The translations under genes were made by a program, and so were the position numbers. Under the pieces are notes generated by a model, which saw nothing but the letters and a program-made list of their open reading frames with translations, had not been told where the DNA came from and made no database searches. DNA of 64,000 bases from Octopus vulgaris (taxonomy: Eukaryota). The DNA is taken from NCBI GenBank assembly GCA_951406725.2, contig OX597817.1, forward strand, positions 138,198,001 to 138,262,000, written 5' to 3'. This document shows, piece after piece, positions 39,246 through 53,881 of the stretch (positions are counted from its first letter, which is position 1; every line of letters starts with the position of its first letter).

Positions 39246-40021
39246 TGCCGTTGCTGCTTCCAAACAACAATTCCATTTATATTTGTTATGCTATCAATGT
39301 TAATGGTATTCCTCATCCCACCCCACCCCACCCACCCACTCCACCCACCCATCCTACTCAGAAAGAAAGAAGGAAAGAAAGTTTGATGACGTCAATCTTT
39401 ATAGAACGCTTTTACACATTACATAAATATGACATTTGTGCGTTGTGTGTTGTATGTATGTGTGTATGTGTATGTGTGTGTGAATGTGTGTGTGTGTGCT
39501 GTATGTGTATGTGTGTGTGAATGTGTGTGTGTGTGCTGTATGTGTATGAGTGTGTGAATGTGTGTGTATTGTACGTGTGTGTGTGTGTGTGTGTGTGTGT
39601 TCTTTAATGGTTGTAGCTGTAAATTCCGTATGTCTCCCGTATATCGACATGTCCAGTAAATCTTATTTAGTAATTTGTTAAACATATTAAAAAGTGAATT
39701 AGGAATATTTTAGCAATTATTAATTTAGATATGTCGCTCTAACGAGAGAAGTTCAACGTAAGACGTCAAAGTATCAGAGATTACAGCCACGTTACCATTA
39801 AACACACACATACACACATTAGGATCTTGAAAAAAGATTATTTCTAAAATTATATTTGATATTTAGTTTTAGAGACATTTTGTCTTGCAAATAACAGGAT
39901 GGGCAAGACTGGAGGGCGTTTGTTTTTATCATAAATCTACTCAGCATAACAACCTACTTTTGATCATAGATCTTCTCAGTCACAATTAAAGCAGGACTAC
40001 ACAACCACTAAAACAGCATAT

Positions 40022-40238
40022 ATTCTTTTCTACTCAGGGCACAAGGCTCGAAATAAGGTGATAGGGGACCTGTCGATTATATCGATCCCAGTACGCAACT
40101 GGTACTTAATTTATCGACCCCGAAAGGATAAAAAGCAAAGTTGACCTCGGCGGAATTTGAACTCAGAACGTAAAGACAGACGAAATACCGATAAGCATTT
40201 CGCCCGGTGTGCTAACGTCTCTGCCAGCTCGCCGCCTT
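40022..40238 (-). mobile_element. SINE family A copy (a divergent partial + copy follows at 40282-40395)
   Basis: Reverse-complement head, core and tail. Confidence 0.9.
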
Positions 40239-40649
40239 TAAAACAACATATATTGAATTATCTTTCGATATATTGTTCATCTAAGGCAATTGGCTGGCAG
40301 GATCGTCACCGCGCCGGACAAAATGCTTATCGGCATTTCGTCCGGCATTATTTTCTGAGTTCAAACGCCTTCGGAATTTACTTTGCCTTTCATTTTTGTA
40401 ATTAGCTGCAATATCACCTTCACCACCAGCACCCCTACAAACTGGTTGTCTTTTACTGAACTCCTGCAGGAATACCAATATCTCCATGCATCACACATCT
40501 TGCTAATCTATCGTTTCTCAAACTGCAACCGATCGTTTTTGTTTTGTTGTTTTTTTTTTAGTTGTTGTTTTTGTTTTAGATGTTTTTGTTGTTTAATATC
40601 CCTTTCCAGAAAGATCTCCACAGACATCTCAGTCAGGATGGTTCTACTT

Positions 40650-41350
40650 GCAATCACCCCCTACACGGATGCTACCCTCTTCACTCTTCCAAAGTATTCC
40701 ACACTTGAGAACCATCACATTCTGCCAAACATATCTGACATCACTCCTTCACTGCCCTCTTCATCATACACCTCGAAAACATTCCCGAAAACTCCACAAT
40801 ATTGATCTTGTCTCCTTCACCAACACCATCGCTGCTCACACCAGCAACCCTTGTCGTATCCCACAATCCTTCAAAGATAAACATAACCCAACTCGAACCT
40901 TCAAAGTCGACATCCCGCTCACACATTCTTGGTAATCTCGTCTGGTGACCGCACGTCCTAAACATAACAACTTCACCCCAAATCCTGCTCTTCGTGGTCA
41001 GAGTCATAAAATATTGCAGCAAGCGACAGCCACTAACAGATCTTTACAAAGATGAAGTGACGTCCACCATGGAATATAGCTGCCATATGTGACGCGGAGC
41101 TACTCCTATATAAACATTGTACACCGTATCTGACACATTGCCAGGAACTCACCAATATATTCCAATCTCTTCTCCAAGATGCTCTTCACTCTGCCTCTTC
41201 TGTCACCTCACCCCTCCACCATCCACCCCTATTGTTACCCATTTCTCAGGTTTCACACAAACTAATCCCAATCCTTCCTCCGCCGAATGACTTCCCGTCG
41301 GAATTCTCTCCCTTTCAGGTTTTCTTTACTGCAGTCGTCATCTTTCAGTT
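40650..41350 (+). mobile_element. Decayed CR1/L2/Jockey-group LINE relic
   Basis: LYKDEVTSTMEYSCHM* near 41040-41092 resembles the LYK..VRP.MEY...W motif that follows the RT domain. Confidence 0.55.
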
Positions 41351-41385
41351 GTTTAACATTAAAACATCGATATCATTGCGCGCGC

Positions 41386-41423
<38 letters not shown>

Positions 41424-41510
41424 ATGTATATTAATATGTATGTGTATGTATGAATATATGTAGACACACACGCACGCTAAGGCTGAGGCGGTATTGTCCC
41501 AGGGGACAAT

Positions 41511-41742
41511 AAGGCGGCGAGCTGGCAGAACGTTAGCACGCCGGGCGAAATGCTTAGTGGTATTTCGTCTGCCGCTACGTTCTGAGTTCAAATTCCACTG
41601 AGGTCGACTTTGCCTTTCATCCTTTCGGGGTCTATAAATTAAGTACCAGTTACGCACTGAGGTCGATATAATCAACTAAATCCGTTTGTCTGTCCTTGTT
41701 TGTCCTCTCTGTGTTTAGCCCCTTGTGGGTAGTAAAGAAATA
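41511..41742 (+). mobile_element. SINE family A copy with 16-bp TSD
   Basis: TSD ggtattgtcccagggg at 41490-41505 and 41743-41758. Confidence 0.95.
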
Positions 41743-42073
41743 GGTATTGTCCCAGGGGCCCCTTCTGCATGCTAAATATACATAAGGTACGGTCTCTCAT
41801 AGGATAGAGTAATAAAGTGAGTGAGAGGATGAACTTGAATCAATTGAAGGTTATCTATAATGGGGCAAAAGCTCCCATTACAGGTGTTTAAAATGTATAT
41901 GAAAAGCAAGAACTGTCTAGATACCATGTTCAGCACTTCCACCCGATTCTACAGCGCATGCGCAGGGGTTATAATGGTTTTAACAGGGAGTTTGAAAGAG
42001 AAGACAGAAGCGAAATGCCGTCATTTTCACCCGGAAGTTTTTCTCAGAGAAGTGATGTCGCTAAAATTTCAAA

Positions 42074-42113
<40 letters not shown>

Positions 42114-42154
42114 TGTGTGTGTGTACGTGTGTGTGTGCGTGTGAGTGAGTGTGT

Positions 42155-42202
<48 letters not shown>

Positions 42203-42581
42203 ATGTGTATATGCATGTGTGTGCGCAGCCACGTAATTCATCTATATGTGCGTGAGTATAAATGTTTTCTGACGTGTGTGTGTGCTTATGCGTGTATGTG
42301 TGTGGGTTTGCATGTAATTCCATGACAATAATACTGTAACCGTTAAAATAACAAGTTTTAAATACAGAATGTTAAAAAAAGATTTACATTTCTATCATGT
42401 ATTGAGTACTACGCATTAAAGAAGACCATTGCCAGCGAACCTACTTAAGCGAAGATAATATTGTGTACGTGTGTGTGAATGTATATATATGGATGTAGAT
42501 AGATGTATATATATATATATGAATGTGTGTGTTGCATGTGTGTGTGTGTGTGTGTGTGTGAATGTAGATATGTATATATGA

Positions 42582-42614
<33 letters not shown>

Positions 42615-42615
42615 A

Positions 42616-43030
42616 AAGGTGGCGAGCTGGCAGAAACGCTAGCGCGCCGGACGAAATGCTTAGGAGTATTTCGGCTGCCGTTACGTTGTGAGTTCAAATT
42701 CCGCCGAGGTCGACTTTGCCTTTCATCCTTTCGTGGTCGATAAATTAAGTACCAGTTACGCACTGAGGTCGATGTAATCGACTTAATACCTATGTCTGTC
42801 TTTGTTTGTCCCCTCTGTGTTTAGCCCCTTGTGGGTAATAAAGAAATAGGTATTTCGTCTGTCGTTACGTTCTGAGTTCAAATTCAGCCGAGGTCGACTT
42901 TGCATTTCATCCTTTCAGGGTCGACAAATAAAGTACCAGTTTCGCACTGGGGTCGATGTAATCGACTTAATCCCTTTGTCCGTCCTTGTTTGTCCACTCT
43001 ATGTTTAGCCCTTTGTGGGTAGTAAAGAAA
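42616..43030 (+). mobile_element. SINE family A dimer
   Basis: Second unit restarts at ggtatttcgtctg (about 42849). Confidence 0.9.
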
Positions 43031-43220
43031 TATATATGAATGTGTGTGTGTTGCATTAGTGTGTGTGTGTATGTGTGTGTTTTGCATTAGTGTGTTTGAG
43101 TGTGTATGTGGATGTAGATATGTATATATGAATGTGTGCGTTGCATTAGTATGTGTGTGTGCTCTATTAGTGTGTGTGTGTGTATGTGTATATATGAACG
43201 TGTCTGTATGAGTTATGTGT

Positions 43221-43280
<60 letters not shown>

Positions 43281-43710
43281 CCCGTAAGATCTTCAACATA
43301 CAATAACAATTTCCCTAACGACGCTGTTGTCGTCACCCAAACACGCTTCCCTTTCCAAGATGTCTAATAAAACTCCATCTTGAGCAACGATTATCTAATT
43401 ATCTCGTAGACTTACATAGAGTTAATGTTTAATCGAACCCGATGACGTCATAACTTCATTGCCTCACGCTCAGTACTTCTGTCCCTCCCACTCTTTGTCC
43501 TTCTCTCTCTCTCTCTCTCTCTCGTTCGCCCACAGCGTTTCATCTTTACAATAGCTATCTCTTTCTTTCTCTCTCAATGTTTCTCTTTCTCTGTCTCTCA
43601 CTCTCCTTCTCTTTCTCTCTCCACGTTCTCTCTCCTTCACTTTCTCTTTCTCTTTCTCTCATTCTCACTCACACACACACACACACACACACACAGCATT
43701 GGACATACAC

Positions 43711-43723
43711 AGGTCAAAGGTCA
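43711..43723 (+). promoter_or_regulatory. Perfect nuclear-receptor DR1 motif
   Basis: AGGTCA-A-AGGTCA in apparently unique sequence. Function untested. Confidence 0.3.
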
Positions 43724-43813
43724 GCATCAATATGTCAATAAAGGTGAACCAAGCTGATTAGTTTTCTTCGGAAGTTGATATCGATTTTATTTGATCTTCA
43801 TTATCATTTGACA

Positions 43814-43985
<172 letters not shown>

Positions 43986-44037
43986 GACAATGATCATGAT
44001 GATTATGCTGAATGATGGCTATAATAATAATTATTTA

Positions 44038-44071
<34 letters not shown>

Positions 44072-44494
44072 GGTGGTGGTGTTTCTGTAGAACGCCCCTT
44101 CAAATCGCTCGTTAGTTCTCTTTATTTCAACTGTTTTAAGCCTACGGTAAAAACTGTTCTTGTTTTGTTGCTAAACTGACGAGGTTCCAGAGGAACTGGT
44201 CAGTTCCGTTTTGTTTTCGCCCTTTTGAATGGGGTCAGGATTCGTTATTTTCTTTTTCTGGAACCTAAACATTTAAAAACTACCAAACTTTAGCGTCAAA
44301 AATTTTGATAAGGTCACGGAGGGAGGTAAATAATATTTGGAACAGCAGTCTTGACGCTGCTTTCACCATCTTAAGCCAAAGCACCACCAACGCCGCCACC
44401 ACCAACGCCGACACAACACATTCTGTGGTGGGAGCAACAAAAATAACAACAATGATACCAAGGATACGGCGTCTGTGACACCATCACTACCAAT

Positions 44495-45092
44495 TTCTGT
44501 ATTACCCACAAGGGGCTAAACATAGAGGGGACAAACAAGGACAGACAAACGGATTAAGTCGATTATATAGACCTCAGTGCGTAACTGGTACTTATTTAAT
44601 CGACCCCGAAAGGATGAAAGGCAAAGTCAACCTCGGAGGTATTTGAACTCAGAACGTAGCAGCAGACGAAATACCTATTTCTTTACTACCCACAAGGGGC
44701 TAAACACAGAGAGAACAAACAAGGACAGACAAACGGATTAAGTCGATTATATCGACCTCAGTGCGTAACTGGTACTTATTTAATCGGCCCCGAAAGGATG
44801 AAAGGCAAAGTCAACCTCGGAGGTATTTGAACTCAGAACGTAGCAGCAGACGAAATACCTATTTCTTTACTACCCACAAAGGGCTAAACACAGAGAGGAC
44901 AAACAAGGACAGACAAACGGATTAAGTAGATTATATCGACCCCAGTGCGTAACTGGTACTTATTTAATCGACCCCGAAATGATGAAAGACAAAGTCGACC
45001 TCAGCGGAATTTGAACTCAGAACGTAGCGGCAGACGAAATACGGCTACGCATTTCGCCCGGCGTGCTAACGGTTCTGCCAGCTCACCACCTT
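44495..45092 (-). mobile_element. SINE family A tandem trimer
   Basis: Units of about 180 bp joined at gaaatacctatttcttt. Confidence 0.9.
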
Positions 45093-45789
45093 CTGACACC
45101 ACCACTACCACCACCATCAGTCACTCGCCCAGCTCTAGCATTACTAGCGACGACGACGACGACGATGATAAATAGAAAGAACAGCAACAACGAAAGTAAC
45201 ATTGACAACGAAAATAAGAAACTAGCAGCCGCAGCAGCAGCAGCAACCAAAGCTATCACCATCACCACTACTACTACTACTACTACCACCTCCCCCCACA
45301 ATCACCGCCACCGTCGATTCTTTCTACAATATACTTGAGGCTTGAAATTTGGGTGAGGGAAATTTCGGTACTTCATTTGTCAACACTGAAAGGAAGAAAA
45401 GCAGAACCGACCTCTGCGGAATTTGAACCCAGAATGTAAAAAAGCCTTAAGGAATGCTGCTAAGCATTTTGTCCGGAGTCCTCGCGATTCTGCCAGCTCA
45501 CTGCCGAACACTAACGCTAATACAAATTCCAATACCACGGTTAGTAAACCATTTATTAACGGTTTTGCTAACGAACGCTACAATCAATATCTCCATGACC
45601 ACATTCGAAAAAATGCCAAGCATCTCCTGAGAAGATTGGAAGAACAACATCCTTAAACATACCATAGCAGGTCCAGAGAACACGCAAAAACAAGTATTAT
45701 AAATAAATAAATATATACAGTTGGAATTTACAGAGAAGCAAAAGACGAAGACAGGTGTATAAACAACAAACAGGTGTATCAGTTTACAT

Positions 45790-46832
45790 TTGAAAGATAT
45801 TTGTCCTCACCTTGTTAAAAACGGTTAGTATCTTTCTCAACCTCAACCCGCATATAGTAATTCTTGGTATTACAATCAAGGTAATTAGGAGGCCCAAATT
45901 GGGTGAAGTCGTAGAAATTCTCCAACAACTGCTTCTGACTCTTTCCAGAGGTATGACAATGAGCCAAATCCTGCTGCCACACATATGGCCTTCCATCAGT
46001 GACCCTCTCCAGCCAGGATGTGACCAGTCTCCAGAAGTTTCACATAGCCGTCTGAATTAAGCCTAAGTTTCTGTTCATAATTTGTTGGACAAATCCCGGT
46101 TTGCGGACGCAGTCAGAACTCTTGATTTGTCCCTTCCTGCTGGTCACGGCTTCGTAGTCTCCGTTGCAGCTTCCGTGTCAGATCTTACAACTTTCACAGT
46201 GTTCACAGAGCATAGAGCAGCAGTCATGGCCCAATAGTTAGGACAGCGGACTCGCGGTCGAAGGATCGCGGTTTCGATTCGCAGACTGCGTGTTGTATAT
46301 GTTTATTGAGCGAAAACACCTAAAAGCTCCACGAGGCTCCGGCAGGGGGTGGTGGCGACCCCTGTCGTACTCTTTCGCCCCAACTTTCTCTCCCTCTTTC
46401 TTCCTGTTTCTTGTCCCCGACTTCCTACGCAACCGCTGAGCCTGGATGCGCATTCATCCATCCGTCGATGCTCTCGGTGTCGAGGGTTTACCCGCTTTCT
46501 CTTCTGCGGGTCTTACGAATAGCAAAGGACCACGTTTCGGACTTCTTCCATCTTGCGAGCTCTGGGACGAAGACCGCTACGCTCAACAACAACAACAACA
46601 ATAGCAGCAGTCATGATGTCAGCATTTTGCTATCCAGTGCGAATCATCATGATACCGGTGACTCTTTTCCAATATTCAGATGGCTTCCAGGCTTCCATGT
46701 CAGCTAACTTTTCCTCAACTACAAATTTAACCTTTATGCTCTCCAACGCTGTTGACTCTTTACTAATACATCAAACTGTTTCCCAAAAAAAGGAGACAAA
46801 AAAAAGCATCAAATTTATCCCGAACACCCTAT
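45790..46832 (-). mobile_element. Decayed Tc1/mariner transposon with an internal deletion and a SINE insertion
   Basis: TIR-like tatagggtgttcgggataaattt; N-terminus MEAWKPSEYWKRV; DDE-region GRPYVWQQDLAHCHTS..GPPNYLDCN..VEVEKDTNR. Confidence 0.8.
46225..46602 (+). mobile_element. SINE family C-related copy with 13-bp TSD
   Basis: TSD agcagcagtcatg at 46216-46228 and 46603-46615; (CAA)n tail. Confidence 0.9.
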
Positions 46833-47274
46833 ATATAGAAATGAAGTCCAGACAGTAGGAGCAAGAAACACAAACTCGTTTGAGAAGTGCTTTAAACCAA
46901 TAAGGAGAGTTTCAAGGAACGCCCCGCTCTTTAATGCTGATGGGAGACTGGAACAGTATTTTGGATGCCCAGTGGGATTATGTGGGGATTATCTGATTAG
47001 GAGATTAGTGAGAAAAAGCCTCATGAACCTACTCAAACGTTTCCAAGTGTCTGACAGGTATCTATGGATTTCCAGAATGTACCAATGCGGACCTGAACAA
47101 ACGACAATGTGTCTTCTAGATCGCATCCAGGCAACGTATTCTCTAAGCCAGTCAACAGAGATGTCATAGGGTGGGATTTGTGGTTTGTTTTCTTATTTTC
47201 TTGTAATCTCACATTGCATCGTCCTTTCTTATGCTCAATGGGTGTCAACCTTTAGTGGTTAATAAAGAAAACAC

Positions 47275-47325
<51 letters not shown>

Positions 47326-47345
47326 CATCATCATCATCATCATCA

Positions 47346-47409
<64 letters not shown>

Positions 47410-47465
47410 CATTATTATTATTATCATTATTATTATTGAAGAAACTGAAAGAGGGCAGATAGATT

Positions 47466-47539
<74 letters not shown>

Positions 47540-47548
47540 CAGACAGAC
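47275..47548. repeat. (ATT)n then (GATA)n microsatellites
   Basis: Directly visible. Confidence 0.97.
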
Positions 47549-47549
47549 T

Positions 47550-47831
47550 TATTCTTTTATTCTTTTATTTGTTTCAGTCATTTGATTGAGGCCATGCTGG
47601 AGCACCGCCTTTAGTCGAAGAAATTGACCCTAGGACTTATGTTTTGTAAGCCTAGTACCTATCCCATCGGTATCTTTTGCCGAACCGCTAAGTTACAGGA
47701 ACATAAACACTACAACGTCGGTTTCAAGCGATGGTGGGGGGGGACAAACACCGACACACAAACATATTTAAACACACACACTCAGACACACACAAACACA
47801 AACACACACACAGACACACAGACACACACAG

Positions 47832-47867
<36 letters not shown>

Positions 47868-48020
47868 GACGGCTTTTTCAGTTTCCGTCTACCAAATCCG
47901 CTCACGAGGCTTTGGTCGGCATTAGACAATAGTAGAAGACACTTACCCAAGATGCTACGCAGTGGGACTGAACCCGGAACCATGTGGTTGGGAAGCAAGT
48001 TATTCACCACACAGCCACGC
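47550..48020 (-). mobile_element. SINE family B copy
   Basis: Reverse complement of the 18748 family. Confidence 0.9.
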
Positions 48021-48163
48021 AAGTGCACTCACACACATATTTATACATATATATGTTTAGATATGTGTGTAGTTATGTTTATATTGATATGCATATCATA
48101 CACATACTTCACTATATGTAATATATTTGTGTGTAGAGATAAATGCGTATATATACATGTATA

Positions 48164-48239
<76 letters not shown>

Positions 48240-49015
48240 ATGTGTATGTGTATATATATATATACATGCACCTATTTAGATTGATAGAAACCTACATACA
48301 CCTTAGTATATGTGCACGCATTTACATACACACACTATACACACACGCATATATACATACCCACGCACGCACACGCACACACACACCACAGAGTTATTTA
48401 CATAGAAGCGGATTTAATGTTTTAAAAAAAAAACATCGGTGAATTCTTGAAAAGAATTAAAAGCTTTTCTTTAAAAGATTTTCTTGAAATCGTTTTCTCC
48501 ATTCTCCTGATTGTTGTCTTAGATAACTTCTTCATCTTCCACACACACACACACACACATACCCAACCCCATATTTACACCCAGCCTCATCTATCCACCC
48601 AACCTCTTCTACAGATACAGAGGAGGAGGGGGCTTGTAGTGGCGGGGGGAGGAGTGGTTCTCTTATTCTTTCCTTCTACGTCTTTCCATAATAAAATTAA
48701 TATATGTGAATGCGTCTCTGAGTATATATATCTCTCCCCTCTTTCTCTCCTTCTCTTTCTTTCTCCCTCTCTCTTTCTCTCTCTCTATGTATGTGTGTAT
48801 GTGTACGCATGCATGTATATGAATATATACATACAAGTTTATATGTATATATGTATATATGTATATATACATATATGTACACACACGTACACCATATACA
48901 TATATACATACATATATGCGTACATATATACACACAAACGTGAGCGCACATGTATATGTACATATATATATATACATATACATATATGCATATACATACT
49001 CACACACACACATAT

Positions 49016-49095
49016 GGCGTACCCTCACCTTAAGGCATCCCCTCACCTCACGGCAGCCCCTCACCTTGCGGTGTCCCTTCCCCTTACGGTGTCAA
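49016..49095. repeat. 18-bp imperfect tandem repeat (about 4.5 units)
   Basis: ggcatcccctcacctta-like units. Confidence 0.8.
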
Positions 49096-49732
49096 CTGAT
49101 TTCCAATTTTCTTTTATATCTTTATTGTTTTGGTTTTGCATTATTTTTTACACTTTTCAATTGATAGATTTTTATTTATTTATGGTATTCTTTTACCTGT
49201 TTTTGTCTATTTGTTGTTATATTGTTGTTATTGTTAACTAAGTTAATAGGTTATACGTTTAATGTAGGGCGCAGGATTAACTAGCTTCACAATCTATAAT
49301 CCAGATTGACTCATATATGAGATTGATTTCATATATGAAGAAACATGTACACACCTGGCCCCACATGAAAATATATCCAATCCCGGGAAGTTTCCGCTAT
49401 ACAATGGCGTGGATACAAAATTGATTCCATGTCGTCAAAAAAGCAAATAGCTGCACGAGGTCAAGTTTTAAGACCAGATTCTTTTCTTCTGAAATTCATA
49501 TACAGGAACATCATCGAAAGTTCTGAAAAATATTTTTTGCAGAGTAATTATATATAAAAGCAGAAGATTGGGGAAATTGTTCATGTAGCAGAAAACATGT
49601 AAGATATCTTCTATTAGAAATTCCACTACATGTACAATTGTGTACAATGTACAATCCTATTAACAAATTAAATATGTGTAACAAGATATATATAATACGG
49701 AAACGTTTCTCCAATCTCCTGTTTTGATATAC

Positions 49733-50122
49733 TCTCTTACTCTTTTACTTGTTTCAGTCATCTGACTGCGGCCATGCTGGAGCACCGCCTTTAGTCGAGC
49801 AAATCGACCCCAGGACTTTGTAAGCCTAGTACTTATTCTATCGGTCTCTTTTGCCGAACCGCTAATGTTACGGGGACATGAACACACCAGCATCGGTTGT
49901 TTAACGATGTTGGGAGGACAAACACAGACACACATATATATATATATATACATATATACGACAGGCTTCTTTCAGCTTCCGTCTACCAAATCCACTCACA
50001 AGGCTTTGGTCGGCCCGAGGCTATAGTAGAAGACACTTGTCCAAAGTGCCACGCAGTGGGACTGAGCCCGGAACCATGTGGTTGGTAAGCAAGCTACTTA
50101 CCACACAGCCACTCCTGCGCCT
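49733..50122 (-). mobile_element. SINE family B full-length copy
   Basis: Ends accacacagccactcctgcgcct. Confidence 0.92.
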
Positions 50123-50270
50123 ATGTGTGTGTATATATGCATACATCTATATATACATACATATATATATACACACGCACACATGTATATATACATACAT
50201 ACATACATAACTATGAACAATTGTTTCGGAACTTGCAGCTACTATATGCTGATTATAAATTCCTATAATT

Positions 50271-50449
50271 CAGTTCTATATTTCAGAGATGAGGAATTAT
50301 TTACATTATTTACATTTAACGGATATTTGTCCTCATCTTGTTTGTTGTTAACACAACGTTTCAGCCTTCATCAAGTGTCTTGGGGAAATTTCGAACCAGG
50401 GTTCTCATTCCTAAGGTATTTTTCGATGTTATTATCATTATTATTATCA

Positions 50450-50510
<61 letters not shown>

Positions 50511-50542
50511 TATTATTATTATCATTATTATCATTATTATTA

Positions 50543-50629
<87 letters not shown>

Positions 50630-50868
50630 TCACTGCTTGGAATCGAACTCGGAATTTTGGGGTTAGTAGCCCGAGCTCTTTACCACTACGCCATATGCCC
50701 GAATAATAATAATAATACTAATAACAACATCGAAAAATACCTTAGGAATGAGAACTCAGGTTCGAAATATTCCCAAAGACACGTGATGAAGGCTGAAACG
50801 TCGAAACGTTGTGTTAACAACAAACAAGATGAGGACAAATATCCGCCAAATGTAAATAATGTAAATAA
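50271..50868 (-). mobile_element. tRNA-headed SINE with (AAT)n linker, hammerhead-bearing pLTR-like tail and an inverted tail copy upstream
   Basis: Minus strand: head 50701-50625 (A box TGGCGTAGTGG, B box GTTCGATTCC), (AAT)n, tail 50433-50271. Inverted tail at 50726-50868 on +. Confidence 0.8.
50779..50814 (+). ncRNA. Minimal hammerhead motif (C3G variant); mirror copy 50351-50378 on - (C3U, shortened stem II)
   Basis: acac-GTGATGA-A-ggc-tgaaac-gtc-GAAA-CG-TT-gtgt. Confidence 0.65.
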
Positions 50869-50874
50869 ATACCT

Positions 50875-50985
50875 ATGTATAGCAACAATGATTGGTGCCT
50901 TTCCTTTTGTGAGCAAATGCCTAAGTGACAATTTGGATAAGTTTGGATTTTCAGAAAAAGAAATCAACCAACTCACACGTTACAA
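50875..50985 (+). mobile_element. Possible RLE-retrotransposon C-terminal relic
   Basis: MIGAFPFVSKCLSDNLDKFGFSEKEINQL resembles the PVIVGALG..L..L end motif. Confidence 0.45.
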
Positions 50986-50993
50986 ATACAATC

Positions 50994-51058
<65 letters not shown>

Positions 51059-51064
51059 ATATAT

Positions 51065-51199
<135 letters not shown>

Positions 51200-51240
51200 T
51201 ACATACATATATACATACATATATACATACATACATACAT

Positions 51241-51324
<84 letters not shown>

Positions 51325-53418
51325 ACGGGATTCTTGCAACTTCCCTCCATCAAATCCACTCACAAAGCTTTGGTCGACCCTAGGCTATAGTAGAAGATAC
51401 TTGCCCAAGATGCCACGCTGTGGGACTGAACCCCCCGGAACCATGTAGTTGGGAAACATACTTCTTAGCATGCAGCCTATATGTTTTGACATGTTCAAAG
51501 ACTCTGTATTTGTATTTATTAATGAATTTCTTTGACTAAAGTGAACTCTCAGACAAGAAAATGGCGTCGATCGAGGTCTGTTACGAATCGATGGCCTCTT
51601 TTGTCAGAGATTTACTTTCTGAAGCATGTCATTACCATTTTGAAGACTTTTGTTGGAATTATAGAGGAATACCTTGATAGTGTGACAGAAATAAACAGAA
51701 ACTACTTGAGGGGTTTCTAAACAATGGAGATCAATACACACGACTCTGTCCACTGTGAGTCTCTGCACTATGGACATCTTTTCCACCTTCCCAATTATAT
51801 AAGGAGAGATGACTCAAATTCCGCACGGCACTCCACACAGTCATCTTTTGAATTGTGGTGGATGTGTGGAATAGTCTCAAAGTACACTAAAATTTGATAT
51901 GTCTCTGTAGTTGGAATTATGAGTTGCTACAAAACGTTAAATCGACAACCTCTGTTGTGTCGTAACATGATCAGGTCTTGCTTCAAATAACAAACATTTT
52001 CATAGTTATTGATTAATTGCATGTCTAAATGTTTTATAGAAACGTTAAACAGACGATGTTTATAAGTTATTTCTCCAACTTGTCACAAACGAGAATTTGA
52101 AACAATGTAATACAATTTCTAATAGAAAAAAAGGACTTAAATGTGTAGAACACATGACTAGTGACAATGTTTCCATCATAAAAAGTGAATATTTATTTAT
52201 ATACATTGATATGTATTCATTAACATACAAGTTTGGCGATAAGTTTGCTAAGTGCTGACCTACGAAACTCTAGGCCCTTCAATCATTCTGTTGTTTCTGC
52301 CAAAAATTAATTTTAAAAAATATACATTAATATATATTCGTTAATATATACAATGACATATATTTATTAATATACACATTGACATATACATTAAGAGTGA
52401 ATATAATGCATTCAAACACTGTATTTTGATCATCGAAACATGTTCAGGAATGCCTGCCTGTTTGTCGTTGTGTGTAGAATCTCTGCTTCAGCAGGAGATT
52501 TCGAGAGACTCTTCTAAGATAACCAAAACGACTTATTAAATAGTACTTTTATCAAGAATTCGCATTCCCCTTTTCAAACCACGTAATGAAAATTTATCAC
52601 ACTCGTGTCACAACATTTCTTTTGGGGCTGTCTAATGTTGAAAGCTGTCTCAGTAGCTCTTCAAATGCGATTAGATTTTTTTTTTAACTTAGAAACATGT
52701 AGAAGTCTTGAGGAATTTGATATAGAGGAAAGAGAGTTTGTTACCTCCTTCAATAAAATATTGCAGATGGTTTTGAGAAGGAAGTTTCTACTCCCTCTTA
52801 GCCATATTATTGACCCATAATACATTATTCTATCGATCAAAGAATCCAGTGAAATTACCAGGATGGATAAAATCTATAAACTACCCAAATATCTCTAATA
52901 CATCCACCGAATGGCCTCGTATTATCGACATTCGATTTACTTCTTGATTCCAATGACTTGTGATACCGAAATTCTCGTTACTTGCAGAATATCAAGGATA
53001 TTGATCCTCATGCTCAATATTAACGATGTCAACATGAATCTTCGATTAGTTCAGTTCTCCAAGACTTGCTGAGATTACAAAATTCATCCTGTTTCCCCAC
53101 TGAGGATGGAACTAAAATAAAATGTATAAGCACCAACCGAAACAAACTATTAATTTACATATTTTAATTTGATTTAATTTTACTTTGAGCTAATTAAAAT
53201 TCAACTCCCAGATTGTGATGTAGCAAATGTATTTCCGTTATTCTAAGAAGTGGTTATTAGTGGAATGCATTCACCTTGAGGATCCAAAGACAGAGTCGTT
53301 GCAGGACTTGAACTGTTTGGCTAAGCTGTCGTCTCTGGAATAGAAGAAACCCAGAGGTTACAAGTTCATGTCTATATCGAAGTGAAAAGAAACTGCTTAA
53401 TCTTACGTATATACGTAC

Positions 53419-53881
<463 letters not shown>

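Noticed and set aside
50625-50701. Functional tRNA gene
   Set aside because: A and B boxes are present, but the acceptor stem is poor and it is embedded in a repeat, so it is a SINE head. The same applies to 32137 and 46225.
51540-53380. Possible decayed LINE ORF2 on the minus strand
   Set aside because: Only vague resemblance; not supportable without alignment.
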